64,000 bases of DNA from Macrostomum hystrix (lineage: Eukaryota > Animalia > Platyhelminthes): the NCBI GenBank assembly GCA_950097015.1, contig CATNEN010000034.1:1116001-1180000 (forward strand). Direction: 5' to 3'. Each line of letters begins with the position of its first letter. Position 1 is the first letter of the stretch. The notes under the pieces were generated by a model. That model saw nothing but the letters and a program-made list of their open reading frames with translations. It ran no database searches and was not told the origin of the DNA. The translations under genes were made by a program, and so were the position numbers. Below are positions 61,058-64,000 of the stretch, piece by piece.

Positions 61058-61854
61058 TTCTGGCTGGAAGTTTTTTACAGAAGCTACAGATTATGGGAAT
61101 GGTGATGGGAAGTATGATTTGAAGTTTGCAGTTTACACAAGTAATTTAGCTTTTAATTTTTTAGGGGTACTGCTAAGTTGGAGCAGACGAACTCAAAAAG
61201 CTATCAGGCAAGATGGAGAACACTTGCATATTGTAGCCATAAATGAGACACTGCAGATTACATGGGTATACAATTAGTAAAGAAATATTTAATGAGTTCT
61301 CTGATCATATTCTAGGAATTTTCTGCCATCACACAATGCATAATAATAGAAATCAAATAGAAACTTTCATTTGATTTATAAAGATATTATTTAATATTTA
61401 TTAAAAGTGTTCCATCATGATCTTTATGGTCTCATTATCTATCTATCTGTAACAGGCCTCTAGGTCAAAACATTTAAACAGTCACTAGATTTGTTTTAGC
61501 TAATGCAATATACCAAAATGACAAAATATTTTACTTTAATCAAATTCTTGCAAAGTAGTTTTAATGTGCAAAATATCACAAAATAACATTCTAAGTTTTA
61601 AGTCATGCTCATATCATATAATATTACTGTTTGTTCTAATGCACAAAAATATAATTAATATTCAGTATTTGTTATAAACTTGAATCAGCAAACCATTATA
61701 AATAGACCGGAATTCTGAAGGGAGAAACCCAACTCTTCTCTGACTCTGTCAGCCTTGTCTCAATCTTGTGAACAAGCAATTATTGAAGCATTGAATAGTA
61801 TACAGATAGTTCAAGAGTTAGTTATTTAGTCACGGCCCTCTAAGTCATTGGAAG

Positions 61855-62000
61855 CCCAGCAAGACTGGATTTTAAACCAGGACTCAGTGTCTTGTAATAA
61901 ACCGATTGAGCCAAGTGAGAATTAAACTGCTAAGATCAGGGACTCTAAGATCAGGGACTTAGCAATGAGAAATGCTACCACTGTATTAACCACTAGCTTA
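61855..62000 (-). mobile_element. Possible degenerate tRNA-like/SINE head fragment(s)
   Basis: Minus strand TGGCTCAATCGG (A-box-like) followed by GGTTTAAAATCC (B-box-like); weak. Confidence 0.3.
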
Positions 62001-62073
62001 GAAGTTGACTGAATCAAGCCATTACAGTGTGAAATAAGCAATAAACTTAGCAGTTTATTGAATATAACCTCAC

Positions 62074-62420
62074 AGGGAGAATAAATCCTATAATTAGATA
62101 TTACGAGTACAGCGTAATATAAACCTGTAGGGAGAATAAATCCTGTAATTAGATATTACGAGTACAGTGTAATATAAACATGTAGGGAGAATAAATCCTG
62201 TAATTAGATATTACGAGTACAGTGTAATTACAGTGTAATTAGATATTACGAGTACAGTGTAATATAAACCCATAGGGAGAATAAATCCTATAATTAGATA
62301 TTACGAGTACAGTGTAATATAAACCCATAGGGAGAATAAATCCTGTAATTAGATATTACGAGTACAGTGTAATATAAACCTGTAGGGAGAATAAATCCTG
62401 TAATTAGATATTACAGTGTA
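62074..62420. repeat. 55-bp minisatellite
   Basis: AGGGAGAATAAATCCTGTAATTAGATATTACGAGTACAGTGTAATATAAACCTGT, about 6 copies. Confidence 0.95.
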
Positions 62421-63363
62421 CAATAATCCTCAGACAATTGATATCAATTAGGATAATAAAAGTGACAACAATTTTGGTTACAATAGTGAGATTGTAATTG
62501 GCACTGGTGGGGTATTAAATAAGCACTAAAACAACTTTGGTGGCATTAGTAGGATTAAAATCAGTCACATGAAAGAATAGAAGTTAGAACTGCAACATAT
62601 CTTTCTCTTTGGTTTTGGATTTAGACATAGCTAGCATTCTAGCAATGTTGCGGTTTGTTTTGCATAATTACTTTTGAGTTTGAATTGGTGCCTTAGTATC
62701 ACATAGAGTTAGAATTTGACTAGTCATGCCATGTCATTATTCTATGGCCAAAACCAAAGGAAAGTGTTGAAAATGCATACAAACACAATTGAAGGTATGT
62801 TGGCCAATGCAGAAATTCATGCAGAAATTCTTAAGCATGCACAGCACATTCTCTATTAGAGAGTCACTTAGGTGGAAGGCGGTAGCAATACGCTAACAAT
62901 CTGCTTGGTGCAATTTTCCACTGGATTGCTTATTATCATCTAATGTGAACCATTTTAGCATTGTAACAAAGGCAATAACTGCATAGAATGCCTGCTGTTT
63001 GTGTTTTGTCTGACCATGTTCAATGCTTGGTCACATTTAATGTTAAAAACAATTATGCAAAACAAAACTACAACATTGCCACATATACACTGCCGTATAA
63101 TAAAAAAAACTTACATTCATATAAATACTAGCTTTTTTGCCCGTTGTTTTTGGGGCAGAAATTTAAAGCAAAGCAGTAAGCAATTCACGTCTCTGTATTA
63201 ACTTTATAGTGAAGGTCACCATTTATTTATTTACTGCATTAATGAAAAGTGAAGAGTTTGTTTAAGGGCGTTTTAAGTAAAAAATATGTGAAAAGTTTGT
63301 CCAAACAGCCCCCTCTTGATTACTTCTTTAGAAACATGTCTCTTAGCCACTCCTCTATACAGT

Positions 63364-63616
63364 CAGTGGCAGATCCAGGAATTTTGTTTTGGGGCGGTCT
63401 GTCAGGGGAGCGCCATGAGAATCACAGAGGGGGTGCCAGCGGCCGAAAAAGGGCGCCAGGAGCCAAGAAAGGGCGCCAGCGGCTGAAAAACGGGAGCCAG
63501 AGGCTGAAAAAGGGGCGCCAGTGCTGCGACTGGCGCCCCTGGTGGGGGCATCTAATTCCCATGATTAAAATTTAGGGGGGCGACTGCCCCCCCGCCCCCC
63601 CCTAAATCTGCCTCTG
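63364..63616. mobile_element. 253-bp hAT MITE nested in the Helitron 3' region
   Basis: TIRs CAGTGGCAGAT / ATCTGCCTCTG; perfect 8-bp TSD TATACAGT at 63356-63363 and 63617-63624. Confidence 0.88.
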
Positions 63617-63768
63617 TATACAGTATGCATGTACACGCGTATACATAAGGAAAATAGCCATGGCATAACAATAACAATGCCAAAGAAACAAAATTAAACT
63701 GTTTCAGAGTTCAGAGTTAGACAGGTCAAGGTCAATTCGTGACTACTTTTCTATTAATTGCTTGCGAG

Positions 63769-64000
63769 TCACCTCAAGGCCTGGGGATACACCACATTCT
63801 TCGTTCTTCCCCTTGGTGCGAAAATGAATAGGCCAGCTGGAGTTCCAACACGGGAGCAGGCGACATAAAACTGCCCATGCGAGAAGCAAGGAGTCTCCAG
63901 GTTGATGCCAGCCACCTTCAGCGACTGTCCCTGAGCCTTGTTAATAGTCATCGCAAAGCACACTCTCACAGGGAACTGCAGTCGCTTGAACTGAAATGGC
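63769..64000 (-). CDS. C-terminus of a PIF1-like helicase (Helitron RepHel)
   Basis: FKRLQFPVRVCFAMTINKAQGQSLKVAGINLETPCFSHGQFYVACSRVG...TKNVVY, canonical Helitron helicase motifs V-VI and C-terminus. Confidence 0.93.
   Translation of the reverse strand, partial: PFQFKRLQFPVRVCFAMTINKAQGQSLKVAGINLETPCFSHGQFYVACSRVGTPAGLFIFAPRGRTKNVVYPQALR

Larger units (their letters stand above)
63128..64000 (-). mobile_element. Helitron 3' end (continues beyond the window)
   Basis: Helicase C-terminus at 63769-64000; terminal hairpin TGCCC-N10-GGGCA (63157-63138) followed 6 nt later by CTAG then T. Confidence 0.75.

Overview
Eukaryotic (metazoan) genomic DNA: GC-rich, Ala/Gly/Gln-rich exons with GT-AG introns in an AT-rich, minisatellite-dense background. 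The style suggests a free-living flatworm such as Macrostomum (inference, not provable here). Supported genes, left to right: MIER-family ELM2-SANT corepressor (-, no in-frame ATG); RING-finger TRIM-like protein (-); highly divergent KDEL-receptor paralog (-, 2 exons); orphan 155-aa protein starting MGQCCC (+); Sec61-beta (-); RRP9/U3-55K (+); F-box/LRR gene with a 1-nt frameshift (+, 7 exons); TIA-1/TIAR-like gene apparently lacking RRM1, with a 19-nt microexon (-, 8 exons); complete glycogen synthase (-, 6 exons); orphan Gln-rich repeat/coiled-coil gene (-, 5 exons). Mobile DNA: three copies of a tRNA-derived SINE, at least seven MITEs with readable TIRs/TSDs, an RNase H relic, and a Helitron 3' end. 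About 25 tandem arrays are present, most of them private to a single intron. Top leads: possible start codon supplied by a spliced leader (MIER), a KDEL receptor with a rewired ligand pocket, the F-box frameshift, a stop/alternative-acceptor switch in the orphan gene, and the one-intron-one-minisatellite pattern. Exon models were hand-built from splice signals and phase checks; no searches were run.
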